Shown here: one piece after another, positions 26,411 to 36,338 of the stretch
How positions within the stretch are numbered: the stretch's first letter is position 1
Layout of the letters: every line of letters begins with the position of its first letter
From: Deltaproteobacteria bacterium
GTDB taxonomy: Bacteria > Myxococcota_A > UBA796
Assembly (NCBI GenBank): GCA_002683315.1
Contig: NYTD01000068.1
Coordinates: forward strand, 1 to 40,850
Direction: 5' to 3'
Length of the DNA: 40,850 nucleotides
Made by a program: the position numbers and the translations under genes
The notes under the pieces: model-generated
Databases searched by the model: none
What the model was told of the DNA's origin: nothing
What the model saw: only the letters and a program-made list of their open reading frames with translations

Positions 26411-29400
26411 TTACCCGATTTTACGAAAATGTATACACTCTTTACGTTTGATGTGTGCAAGAGCAAAGCAAAGATGATCTCGATAGGAAAACTTTACTGC
26501 AATTTCAAGATAGCTATATTGTCCAAGATGATTGTATAATGTGACATTTGCCCGAAAAGGGGAGCACATGGTGATTTCAATATCAGTTGTGGCGATGCGA
26601 AGACCAATGCCGAGGAGTTTTGAAACAGCTTCTTTGGCACACCATATGGCTGTAGTCCTATGATGCGTTATCGCTTGTTTTTGTTCATGTAGAGTGAAGC
26701 AGTGTCGAACAAAGCTTATGGGGCGTGGTACAATCTCATCTACATCAAGTCCAATAGGTCCATGGAACGAGAGAGCAGCAAATCCTTTATGATTTGTGTG
26801 TGAAATGCTGATCGCATATTTAGGATGTTTTTCGAGGTATGGTGCACCGAGGGAATTATTAAAAACAGAAGAAGAGGAAAGTCCTTGATTTTGTAAGAGT
26901 TTTGCAACAGCCTTTCTGCCAAGAATTCGATCCTGTCGTCTTTTTTGGGCATGTTGCGTGATTTCAAAAGAACCCAATTCATCAGGAATAGATGCTTCTT
27001 GTGGAACCAATAGGCTTTCAGTCCACCCTTTCTGTGGAATAGGGAGTTTATCTCCATCGGGCAGAGGACCCAAGATAGAAAATTTTAATCCACGTAAACG
27101 AAGAACAACAATATGAGCTGTGTCGATATCGACATGATATCGATCACCCTCTTTATAGACGACAATTTGTAGTGGTTCACCATCTTTTGGTGCTTCAATA
27201 AATTCCAACTCTGCAAATCCAGCGGGTAAACCGACTTGATTACTCTGGCTCATAAGGTGGAGTCCAGCAGCTTGAAAGGCTGCCTCAAGAGCCAAAGGTG
27301 CGGTAGATAAGGGGTTTGGATGGAGCTTGGTGTGATATACTGCTCCTTCACAGCTTAAGAAATCAGTGGACAATTCATAAACCTGATCAAGAACTTGAAA
27401 TGTTGGTCCATGGAAAAATCGCGCGTAGATCTCTTCTTTGGTGAGGATATAATCTGTCCCATATCGTTGTGACAAGTCGCTTGTCTCTGGTTTGGGCATC
27501 AGTTGAACGATCGCCCGAAAGTGCTCTGTTTCCTTGTTTTTTCCATTTGCAAGGATTCGATGACTGTAGAGAGTACAAGAAACCACTCCTTTTCGAACAG
27601 CTTTGGTTCGAACTTCCAAAGAAAGTGTATCAAAGAGTTTTATGGGAGTATCATATTCTACAGAAGATGCACCGCAAAAGCGTGTTCCTGGCCAGATATG
27701 CTTGGCGGCATTTACCATGATTTCAAGACCAATCACACCAGGAAGTACGGGTCGTGTATTGATACAATGATCTTTTAGCCAAGGGGTGTTTTCAAGATTT
27801 AACTCCACAAAACAACGTTGATGATCTCCCCAGAGTTGCACACGATCAATAAACGGCTCGCATGATGGTCGATCAAAATCCCCAAGTTGATCGGTTATGA
27901 TAATCTCATTGCTCCAATTTTCTCGGATGAGGGAGACCATGAGCTCGGCACATGGTTGCGCCTGCAGAAGAAGAATTCCACGCTGTTGCAAAGCAAAGCT
28001 CATTCCTCCCCTTGTAGCCATACCAACTCCATCCCAAGCGCTCCAATCGATATGCAATGCGTTGGGATGTCCAGAGCATAGTCTTGCAAGACCATCATTG
28101 GCTGACGCATAGTCTGCTTGACCGGTATTTCCAAATCGACCCGCAATAGAGCCCATGGATATGAATTTGGTACTTTTGGGAAGAGAATGAAGCAAGTACA
28201 TACCTCCAAGTGCTTTGGGAGTGTATACAGAACGGAACTCTTGGATTGTTTTTTCCGATATGCGTTTGGAGATTTCTATTCCCGCGCCATGAATACAGAT
28301 ATCTATGGTTCCCCACATCTTTGTGATTTTTTGAATTGTTTCAGATACATCACGCTTGTTTCCAACATCTAAAGCGTAAAATACCACATCTGCACCGAGT
28401 TCTTGTATGTCTTCGATTGTTCTTCTGGCCTCTTCGGCACGCATAAATGGAGCCATGTGCTCTCGAATGATTGCGGGCGTAACATGTTCATTTTTTTCTT
28501 TTAGGAGAGTCTTTATGTTCTCCTTCTCTTTGTCAATATCTAATGGAGATTGTGCTGGAGGAGTGCGTGACAACAGTGCAATTCGAACATTTGAGTAGCG
28601 AGCAAAGGCACGGGCTATTTCAGAACACACCCCACGAGTTCCACCAGTAATCACAATTGTTTTGGTCTCTGTAGATTTTTCTGTGGGCAGAGGTGGTATA
28701 GGCTGAAGCTGAATCTCGGTTCGAGAGCGAAGTCCATCACTCCAAAAAACTTCTTGCGTAGGCTCAGATGTTTGGAGCTCCTCTAGTATGTGTTCGCATT
28801 TTTGTTGAATGGTATATTGCGGAGATAGATCAACAACACGAATTTGTGTGTTTTCCCACTCTCGGCTTAGTGTTTTACACAGTCCGGCTCTGGAACCTGA
28901 TTCCAAACGAGTTTGGGGTGCAACGTTATGCGGTGTCGTCCCGATTGAGGTTATACACATCCAAAATTTGGGTTGTATTCCATGCTGCGCTGTTAAGAAT
29001 CCAGCTTCTGGATTGGAGCTAAGATCGATGACTAAATCTGGATTGGATGATTCTATCATGCCGTATGAAGTCAGTGTCTTTGTGAGCATGTCGACAAGCT
29101 GACCGTTACCTATGATGGCAAAGGAGGAGAATTTATTGGAATATCCCTTTTGAATGGGGTGTGGAATTCGCACGACACTATATATTTGTGTTGTTGTTGG
29201 TAGGTCATGCTGTATATAAGATCGGACAGGTTCTTTTGATGCCGATTCTGTAATGAGGTCTTTGGATATCGGCTGTGTAAGTTCTTCTGTGCTGGAAAGA
29301 TGCGAAGATAATGAACGTCTTTTATTTTTTCTGGGAACAAGGAGAGATTCGGTGACGGAAGAGATTGTATCTGTTGATTCTGTTATGACTGAATCAGTGA

Positions 29401-32400
29401 TTTCTAGGTCAAGGTTTTGCAGGGGAATGTCATTTTCTTGTACCACAGAAGAATGATGATCTGGTGTTGTTTGTTGGACTTCAGGCTTTGCTTTTTCCAG
29501 TGATGCAGTATGGGGATTTTCTTCAAACCAAGAACAAAGAGCACGAATGGTTGGAACTTCTGTAAGAACCAAATCGGTCTGTGTTGGAATTTGAAAGATA
29601 TCGCGTAATGTGGAAAAGATTTCCGCTTGTTTTACAGTATCAATTCCTAGGTCTGCCTCTAGTTCATAGTCCAACTCAAGATCTTGTCGATCATATCCAG
29701 TGGTTTGTGCGATACAATCCAAGACTTGATCTTGGATTGATTTTGTAGGAGTCTTCATGGAGATACTGTCTTTTATTTCTACTTGCGGCAAAGAAGAGAT
29801 CTGTGTTTGTTGATTTGGAATCAGTCGTAAAACGTGATCTTGTACTTTAAGAGTTGCGGGGTGATCGTACAGTGAAGAAAACCATTGTTTTTGACGGTCG
29901 GTATCAAAGCATCGATTCGACGGTGCATCTTGCGGAACGATGGTTTTCCATAGTAAGAAAGCAATTTGAGAGCCAAAACCCGCAGCAAGTCGTAGTGCAT
30001 ATGTTCCGGTGAATGTTCCTCCTTTTGAAAGAGAGATGTTTCCAAGTTCAGGATCAACTTCCTTGTAATTGGGGATGGGGGGAACTGTTCGGTGCTCCAA
30101 TGCTTTTACAGCCAAAACATCTTCAATACCTGCTCCCATAGAATGCCCAGTAGCTCCTTTGCTGTTGCAAATAAGGATTTGATCGATGTTTGATCCAAAT
30201 GTTTGTCGCAATCCTTTTATTTCTGCGGAGGCAGATCCTCCTCGTGCTGGAGTATAGGTTTCATGTGAAACGAAGAGCGTCTTTGAAGCAATATCTGAAG
30301 GAGTGGTATTATTTTTTGTACAGGTCTTTTCTACAAATTCCTGTAGTGCGTCTGCAATGTCATCTTCATTTAGGCGCGTACCGTGGAATGCACTATTGGA
30401 AAAGTGTGATCCAAGAAGTTCAGCTATGGGATATTGTCCTCTTTGTTCTACATCGATGCGTCGTTCTAGAACCATTCCAACAGCACCCATACCCAAAATC
30501 ATTCCATTTCTTCGTTTGTCAAACGGAAGGGCTGCTTCTTCTACATCTGATTTGGTTGTCGCTGCACCGACGCTCAAAAATCCTGCACCAATCCACTCAA
30601 ACATTTCTTCATTGGTCACATCATCAGCTGCAATGACAATGACACGTTCAGCTCTTTGGGTTTGGAGCCAATCTTGTGCGATGGCGATGGCTTGGGTTGT
30701 TGAAGCACATGCCGCATTTACGTAGGTGTTGGGACCTTTTGCACCAATATATTGTGCAAATTGTGTATGTCCCATGCTTAATATCTGAAACAAAAACTTG
30801 CGGTTGAATTCTTTTGGTGGCGTTTTGATACTGGCTATGAGGTTGCTATATCCAGGAAAGGCACTGGCAAAAATAATGCCCGTTCCTTTTTGTAGATTTT
30901 GGGGGAGTATCCAACCGTCTTGAATGGACGTCCCTTTTCTATATCGAGGGACGAGTGGTATGCGCGCATCTGTTAATGCTTCTAGTCCCGCAGCAAATGC
31001 TAGCTTTGTAGTGATATCAAATGTTTGAAGAAGTTCTTCTGGGATATCGTAATCACGGAGTGAGAAGTATGATTTTTGTCCAGCCAGTTGGATGACTTTT
31101 TCTGTGTCTGAAACATGTTCAAACCCTCCTTGGCCCGTCTGCGCATTTTTGCTGACGCGAACGATATTTTTGTTTAGGAATCGTTTTTTTGCTTCTTCCG
31201 TAATGGAGGAAATACGATTTTCTCCTCGAAGCAGTGCATCGATATTATCTGTCGAGAAGACAGAAGTTCCACCTGGCAATCCAACGGATGCTCCGGAGCA
31301 AACAACTTGGATCCTCTGTGGAAGTTGAGTGGATTGTGTGATGGGTTGGGGCTGGAGGGGGTTTTTTACGTCCTTTTGTGTGATGGCATGTAATAAGGAT
31401 TCAAATCGTTGATCTAAAATTTGGTTGAGCTCTTGTTTGGTTACACTGTGCTTTTCGATCGGCTTTATGAGTGGATTTTCAGCCAAAGGAGAGTCCTTCT
31501 GTATAAAAGACTTTCCTTTTATGGCACGGAAACCAGCAATACATTGCATGAAGGATCGTTGTTCACCTGTTTTGGGGTGATTCGTATTTAAGATGTAATG
31601 ATGTCGTTTTTTTAGAATGTTGCTGACAAGGCCGGTTAATACACGTTGAGGACCACATTCTACAAATACTCGCGCCCCTGCATCATACATCGTCTCAATT
31701 TGTGTGATCCATTCAACAGGATGTGTGACTTGTGCAGTAAGTGTATCGATGATGGAGTTTGGGTCAGTAGAAAGCCAAGATCCTGTCACGTTGGTTGTCA
31801 TGGGTATTTGAGGGATAGAAATGGTCCGCTTTTCAAGAACTTTACGCAATGGCTCTGTCGCAGGTGCTACGATCTTAGAGTGGAATGCATGACTCACAGG
31901 AAGAACCTTACATCGAAATCCTTTTTCCTTACACATTTTAAGTATAGATTGAACTCCAGCACTTGAACCGGCAATTACTGTTTGGTTGGGACTATTGTTG
32001 TTGGCGGCGATGACATAGTCTTCTGATTTTTCCAGCAGCGGAGTCAAAGCTTCCGCCTGCGCAAAGATTCCAGCCATCATTCCAGGATCATCAAGGTGAA
32101 TATTTGCCATTTCGCGACCACGAACAGTGACAGAGATAAGTGCATCTTCAAAGCTCATCACTCCCGCTGCAACTGCTGCTGCATATTCTCCAAGAGAATG
32201 CCCCGCAACCATATCTGGCTCTATCCCATGTTCTTTGAGCAGGCGAAATAACGCGATATCCATGCACAATGTGGCAGGTTGTGCAATTTTTGTATCCGAG
32301 AGCATGGAAAACTGCTCTTGTGAAGAGAGAGAAGGATCGGAATAGATATAATCAATAAATGGTTTGTCAAGTTGCCCTTCTAGAAAAGTGTTGGCTTGGT

Positions 32401-35020
32401 CAAAAGTCTTTTTGACAATAGGAAATAGGTCACATAGCTCTTTTCCCATGTCCAGATATTGGCTTCCTTGACCGGTAAATAAAAAAGCTACTTTTCCTGC
32501 TGGTTTTCTTCGGTCGATAACATATATGCCTCTTCCTCGAAGCAGTGCAGGATTCTTGTTGGATGTATGTGTTTTTTGTATGCGAACAGATTGCTCTGTA
32601 TATTCAGCAAGATTTTGGGCATATGCGCAGGTAATCCATGTGTCGGATGAAGCCACGCTCCAATCACGAAGATTGATTTTTCGAACAAGATCTGAAAAAG
32701 AAGCGCCTCCCACCGACCAAATATTTGGAAATTTTGATTCTGTAGAAGAAAGTGTCTTGGTGTCATGTTGAGTAGGCGTATTCTCTTTTGGTACAGAGCT
32801 CATACAAAGATGAAAATTGGTTCCTCCAAACCCAAAAGCACTGACTCCAGCTCTTCGTATAGATGAAGACCAATCTTCTGTTTGGGTTTGAATTTTGATA
32901 GGCCCTAATTCGATATCGGTTCTTGGTGTTGTGTAATTGGCTGTTGGAGGGAATTTTTTATGATAGATGGCCAATGCTGTTTTGATGACACTTGCCGCAG
33001 CTGCCGCACTTTTTAGGTGTCCAATATTGGATTTGACCGAACCTACTCGAAGAGGAGTTGTGCGATTCGATGGCTGGATATCTCGAAGAGTTTCCAATTC
33101 TACTTGATCTCCAACGATTGTGCTGGTTCCATGGCATTCTACAAGCTCAATACTTCCAGCTTCAATATTGGAAGCTGCATAGGCTCGCTCCAAGGCATAT
33201 CGTTGTCCAATTGGATTGGGCGCTGTTATTCCTTTTCCTTTTCCATCACTGGAAGCACCCATACCATCGATGACGGCATAGATTTTATCGCCATCACGCT
33301 GAGCATCGCGTAATCTCTTCAAGATGAGAATGCCACAGCCTTCGCCCATCACAAATCCATTGGCCCGCTGATCAAATGGAGAGGAATGGGTCGGAGAGAG
33401 TGCTCCGATTTTACTAAATTTAACATAGGTTGGAATTCCCATGCTATGATCAGATCCACCTGTTACGACCATATCGAATTCTCTGTCTCGTAATCCTTTT
33501 ATTGAGGCTTGAATGGCGGCCATAGATGATGCACATGCTGCATCAAGAGTATAATTTGGACCGTTAAAATTGAACGCGTTGGCTACTCTTCCAGCAATAA
33601 CGTTGGAGAGTTCTCCTGGCATAGAATCTGAATTCAGCTTGGGTAGTGTCTCTTTGATCTGCGTACGAACTCTTGCGATCATTGCATCGCGATCTTGGCT
33701 GGAGAGAGATTGAATGACAGGGTCGCGTAAAAATGCTTGTTCAAACTCAGGAAGTCTCGTTCTCAATGTATAGTCTTGAGAGACCTCTCCTCCCATAGAA
33801 TTGCCCAAGATTACAGCCGTTCGTGAACGGTCAAAATCTCGGTCATGATACCGTGCATCAGCAAGAGCATCTTCTGTACTGGCAAGTGTAAGTTGTTGGA
33901 CGAGATCTACTTGCTGGAGTACGAATGGGGGGATTCGAAACGGTTTTGGGTCGAATGTAAAAGAACGAATGAAGCCACCAACTTTGGAATATGTTTTGTC
34001 TTCTTTTTGAGGGTCTGGATCCCAAAAAAGACTTGAATCCCATCGGTTTGTTGGTACTTCGATAATAGAAGATTTTTGATTGATGATATTGTTCCAGAAA
34101 TCTTGTGGATTATTTGCATCGGGAAAACGACACCCCATACCGATGATCGCGATTGGTTCTTGGTGTGTAGAAGAAGGGGAAGCGGTAGTTGAAATAATCG
34201 CGATTGGTTCTTTTTTAAATTCTGGAGGCTTTGTGATTTTTTTAGGAGAAGGATTCTTTGGCTCTACCAATGTACTTGGATCACCTTTGTAGGCTCTTAG
34301 AAGATGTGCGATGGAAGGATAATGTTTGGCTATATCAGGAGCATGAAGAATGGATGAGCCAAAAGGCGCAGGGCAGGTGGCAGGATCTGATTTTTGAAAC
34401 CATTCTGTACAGGTCTTCCACCAATTTTTTTCGAGAGCGATCGTCTCTATGCCTGCTGAAAGTGCGGGAGCAAAGATAGATACATTTTTGTGTCTTTGGC
34501 AAAGAGAAGGATCTTGTTTTTCTATCAGTTTTTTCCATGCTGTAGGAAGGAGCATTTCGGGCAGAGCCATGAGATATTCATGGAGTATAATCCCTTCGAT
34601 ATTATTGTTCTCTACTTTGTCCATGTCGGTAGGTAGCAATGCACAATCCAACATGATTCTTTGATCAGGTGTCCGTTTGCTCAACCGATCCCATATGTCT
34701 GTGTTACCCGCTTGTCCTCCGACATTTGGACCGCGAAGAATAATTCCGGCAAATCCTTTTGGTGTTTTTTTGTATCGAGAGGTTTCAAGCCATGTGTCGC
34801 GATTTCGAATGGGTAGCTTGTGATTTTCCCCAGCGAGAATTACGGGGCCTTTGCCCGGTACAGCTCTACGTACTCTTGTGCGTACCCAAGCACCAGCTGG
34901 AATGGCGACCCGATCTCCAAGAGATATATCAATAACGGGAATCCCTCCTGCCTTTACAACATTTGAGGCTAGGTTACTACGTGCAGAGGGTAAGAAACAA
35001 AGGATTTGTGGTGTGGACAT
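26411..35020 (-). CDS. Type I PKS/FAS megasynthase: degenerate FMN-barrel(ER-like)-KS-AT-KS-ACP(Thr)-KR-DH-PPTase
   Basis: KS1 DAAC496ASS, ECHGTST, NIGHLK. AT GHS942LG, VSHAFHS. KS2 NAAC1438AST, VSHETYT, TGHSMG. Carrier ADLGIDT1795VKQ. KR ITGGTRG, GQADYASAN. DH LKDHCINTRPVLPG, HGPTFQ. PPTase GAP...ISISHT, IGLDVD, WCAKEA. Confidence 0.92.
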   Translation of the reverse strand: MSTPQILCFLPSARSNLASNVVKAGGIPVIDISLGDRVAIPAGAWVRTRVRRAVPGKGPVILAGENHKLPIRNRDTWLETSRYKKTPKGFAGIILRGPNVGGQAGNTDIWDRLSKRTPDQRIMLDCALLPTDMDKVENNNIEGIILHEYLMALPEMLLPTAWKKLIEKQDPSLCQRHKNVSIFAPALSAGIETIALEKNWWKTCTEWFQKSDPATCPAPFGSSILHAPDIAKHYPSIAHLLRAYKGDPSTLVEPKNPSPKKITKPPEFKKEPIAIISTTASPSSTHQEPIAIIGMGCRFPDANNPQDFWNNIINQKSSIIEVPTNRWDSSLFWDPDPQKEDKTYSKVGGFIRSFTFDPKPFRIPPFVLQQVDLVQQLTLASTEDALADARYHDRDFDRSRTAVILGNSMGGEVSQDYTLRTRLPEFEQAFLRDPVIQSLSSQDRDAMIARVRTQIKETLPKLNSDSMPGELSNVIAGRVANAFNFNGPNYTLDAACASSMAAIQASIKGLRDREFDMVVTGGSDHSMGIPTYVKFSKIGALSPTHSSPFDQRANGFVMGEGCGILILKRLRDAQRDGDKIYAVIDGMGASSDGKGKGITAPNPIGQRYALERAYAASNIEAGSIELVECHGTSTIVGDQVELETLRDIQPSNRTTPLRVGSVKSNIGHLKSAAAAASVIKTALAIYHKKFPPTANYTTPRTDIELGPIKIQTQTEDWSSSIRRAGVSAFGFGGTNFHLCMSSVPKENTPTQHDTKTLSSTESKFPNIWSVGGASFSDLVRKINLRDWSVASSDTWITCAYAQNLAEYTEQSVRIQKTHTSNKNPALLRGRGIYVIDRRKPAGKVAFLFTGQGSQYLDMGKELCDLFPIVKKTFDQANTFLEGQLDKPFIDYIYSDPSLSSQEQFSMLSDTKIAQPATLCMDIALFRLLKEHGIEPDMVAGHSLGEYAAAVAAGVMSFEDALISVTVRGREMANIHLDDPGMMAGIFAQAEALTPLLEKSEDYVIAANNNSPNQTVIAGSSAGVQSILKMCKEKGFRCKVLPVSHAFHSKIVAPATEPLRKVLEKRTISIPQIPMTTNVTGSWLSTDPNSIIDTLTAQVTHPVEWITQIETMYDAGARVFVECGPQRVLTGLVSNILKKRHHYILNTNHPKTGEQRSFMQCIAGFRAIKGKSFIQKDSPLAENPLIKPIEKHSVTKQELNQILDQRFESLLHAITQKDVKNPLQPQPITQSTQLPQRIQVVCSGASVGLPGGTSVFSTDNIDALLRGENRISSITEEAKKRFLNKNIVRVSKNAQTGQGGFEHVSDTEKVIQLAGQKSYFSLRDYDIPEELLQTFDITTKLAFAAGLEALTDARIPLVPRYRKGTSIQDGWILPQNLQKGTGIIFASAFPGYSNLIASIKTPPKEFNRKFLFQILSMGHTQFAQYIGAKGPNTYVNAACASTTQAIAIAQDWLQTQRAERVIVIAADDVTNEEMFEWIGAGFLSVGAATTKSDVEEAALPFDKRRNGMILGMGAVGMVLERRIDVEQRGQYPIAELLGSHFSNSAFHGTRLNEDDIADALQEFVEKTCTKNNTTPSDIASKTLFVSHETYTPARGGSASAEIKGLRQTFGSNIDQILICNSKGATGHSMGAGIEDVLAVKALEHRTVPPIPNYKEVDPELGNISLSKGGTFTGTYALRLAAGFGSQIAFLLWKTIVPQDAPSNRCFDTDRQKQWFSSLYDHPATLKVQDHVLRLIPNQQTQISSLPQVEIKDSISMKTPTKSIQDQVLDCIAQTTGYDRQDLELDYELEADLGIDTVKQAEIFSTLRDIFQIPTQTDLVLTEVPTIRALCSWFEENPHTASLEKAKPEVQQTTPDHHSSVVQENDIPLQNLDLEITDSVITESTDTISSVTESLLVPRKNKRRSLSSHLSSTEELTQPISKDLITESASKEPVRSYIQHDLPTTTQIYSVVRIPHPIQKGYSNKFSSFAIIGNGQLVDMLTKTLTSYGMIESSNPDLVIDLSSNPEAGFLTAQHGIQPKFWMCITSIGTTPHNVAPQTRLESGSRAGLCKTLSREWENTQIRVVDLSPQYTIQQKCEHILEELQTSEPTQEVFWSDGLRSRTEIQLQPIPPLPTEKSTETKTIVITGGTRGVCSEIARAFARYSNVRIALLSRTPPAQSPLDIDKEKENIKTLLKEKNEHVTPAIIREHMAPFMRAEEARRTIEDIQELGADVVFYALDVGNKRDVSETIQKITKMWGTIDICIHGAGIEISKRISEKTIQEFRSVYTPKALGGMYLLHSLPKSTKFISMGSIAGRFGNTGQADYASANDGLARLCSGHPNALHIDWSAWDGVGMATRGGMSFALQQRGILLLQAQPCAELMVSLIRENWSNEIIITDQLGDFDRPSCEPFIDRVQLWGDHQRCFVELNLENTPWLKDHCINTRPVLPGVIGLEIMVNAAKHIWPGTRFCGASSVEYDTPIKLFDTLSLEVRTKAVRKGVVSCTLYSHRILANGKNKETEHFRAIVQLMPKPETSDLSQRYGTDYILTKEEIYARFFHGPTFQVLDQVYELSTDFLSCEGAVYHTKLHPNPLSTAPLALEAAFQAAGLHLMSQSNQVGLPAGFAELEFIEAPKDGEPLQIVVYKEGDRYHVDIDTAHIVVLRLRGLKFSILGPLPDGDKLPIPQKGWTESLLVPQEASIPDELGSFEITQHAQKRRQDRILGRKAVAKLLQNQGLSSSSVFNNSLGAPYLEKHPKYAISISHTNHKGFAALSFHGPIGLDVDEIVPRPISFVRHCFTLHEQKQAITHHRTTAIWCAKEAVSKLLGIGLRIATTDIEITMCSPFRANVTLYNHLGQYSYLEIAVKFSYRDHLCFALAHIKRKECIHFRKIG

Positions 35021-35107
35021 CTCATACCTTTGGTGTGGATGGTTCTGTGCAAATGTGTGCCAAACACTGGATTTTTGAATAGATCAGATCACAGAAGGGA
35101 GATCCAG

Positions 35108-36337
35108 ATGAATTGTGAACATAAGGACAAGCCTCATGTGTATATAAAAGAAAACAAGATTGTCGTTCAAAAGGACGATCAAGTTATTTCTATTAACCTA
35201 TCTGATGCGCAAATGCTTGTTCAAGAAATCATCGAAGCGAACCAAATTTTACATAAGATGGAAGAAAAAAAGAAAAGTCGTATAGAAGAATTTCGTGTAC
35301 GACTAAAAAAATGTTCCTCGGGTATCATAACGTCTGATCGAATGTCACATATTCTCCGATGGAATGACCGATTCTTACACAAGGCTTCGGTCAATATTTT
35401 GGCTTCTTGTTTCTCTCTAGATGATGATGGGTGGGCTGTGGTGATTCCAGAATTGACACGATATGGTCGTGTGGGTTTATTTTTTGCAATATCTACCCAC
35501 GAAGATCAAGATATCGTCTCTGAATTGTGGAATTGGGGAGCTTTTGATGAAATTCTCTGCTCCACATTGTGGGATCTTCCTTCTACGCAGATCCCACAAA
35601 CCTTTCAGACGAGGCTTGTTCCTTTTGTGTCTCAAGAATGCTTTATTCCTGCAGGAGATTTTATGATGGGCTCTGAAGGAATGGAAGCCTTACCTTGCGA
35701 ATATCCAAAGAGAAAGATTACGCAATCGCGTGATATATACATGACACGATTTCCCATGACCCAATTGCAATACTGGTCTTTGACCGATCAAGAGCCATCT
35801 CATTTTCAAGGAGCGTTGAGGCCCGTGGATTCGATCTCTTGGTTGGATGCCGTACAAGCTTGTAATCTTTATTCGTTGGCAATGGGGTACAAGCCAGCAT
35901 ATCGCATAGAAAAAGAAGGAGCTGTTCTTTGGGATCAAAGTGCAAATGGGTATAGGCTTCCTACAGAAGCGGAGTGGGAATCTGCAGCACGTGCGGATCA
36001 AGATTGTTATTTCTCTGGAAGTGATGACCCATGCAAGGTGGCCTGGTTTTCAGATAATGCAACGGAAACAAAGCGTGTAGGAGCTAAAGAACCCAACTCT
36101 GCACACCTGTATGATATGACTGGAAATGTGTGGGAGTGGGTCTTTGATGCATATGATGAAGAAGCATACAGAAAGACTCCTACGATAGATCCGGTTGTAG
36201 AAGAAGGAACATACCGAGTATGTCGTGGTGGAGCATTTACCAGCTCCGCAGAGAGTTCTCGAATCAGTATTCGTGGAGCATATGAACCAGATGAGCGTAA
36301 TTGGGCGGTAGGATTTCGGATGGTTCGTTTTGCCTAA
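35108..36337 (+). CDS. FGE-sulfatase (SUMF1-like) domain protein without the FGE catalytic cysteines
   Basis: IPAGDFMMGS, MTQLQY, RPVDSISWLDA, YRLPTEAEWESAAR, LYDMTGNVWEW, RVCRGG and VGFR. GGGAG RBS before the ATG at 35108. Confidence 0.88.
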   Translation: MNCEHKDKPHVYIKENKIVVQKDDQVISINLSDAQMLVQEIIEANQILHKMEEKKKSRIEEFRVRLKKCSSGIITSDRMSHILRWNDRFLHKASVNILASCFSLDDDGWAVVIPELTRYGRVGLFFAISTHEDQDIVSELWNWGAFDEILCSTLWDLPSTQIPQTFQTRLVPFVSQECFIPAGDFMMGSEGMEALPCEYPKRKITQSRDIYMTRFPMTQLQYWSLTDQEPSHFQGALRPVDSISWLDAVQACNLYSLAMGYKPAYRIEKEGAVLWDQSANGYRLPTEAEWESAARADQDCYFSGSDDPCKVAWFSDNATETKRVGAKEPNSAHLYDMTGNVWEWVFDAYDEEAYRKTPTIDPVVEEGTYRVCRGGAFTSSAESSRISIRGAYEPDERNWAVGFRMVRFA

Positions 36338-36338
36338 T

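Noticed and set aside
26411-35020. Labelling the megasynthase as PfaA (PUFA synthase) or enediyne PKSE
   Set aside because: It has no tandem ACPs and no pfaB/C/D or enediyne cassette genes nearby, and the second KS and N-terminal domain fit neither architecture.
35108-36337. FGE-domain protein as activator of the nearby sulfatase
   Set aside because: It lacks the catalytic Cys pair after RGG, and the sulfatase-like protein has Thr rather than Cys or Ser at the modified position.
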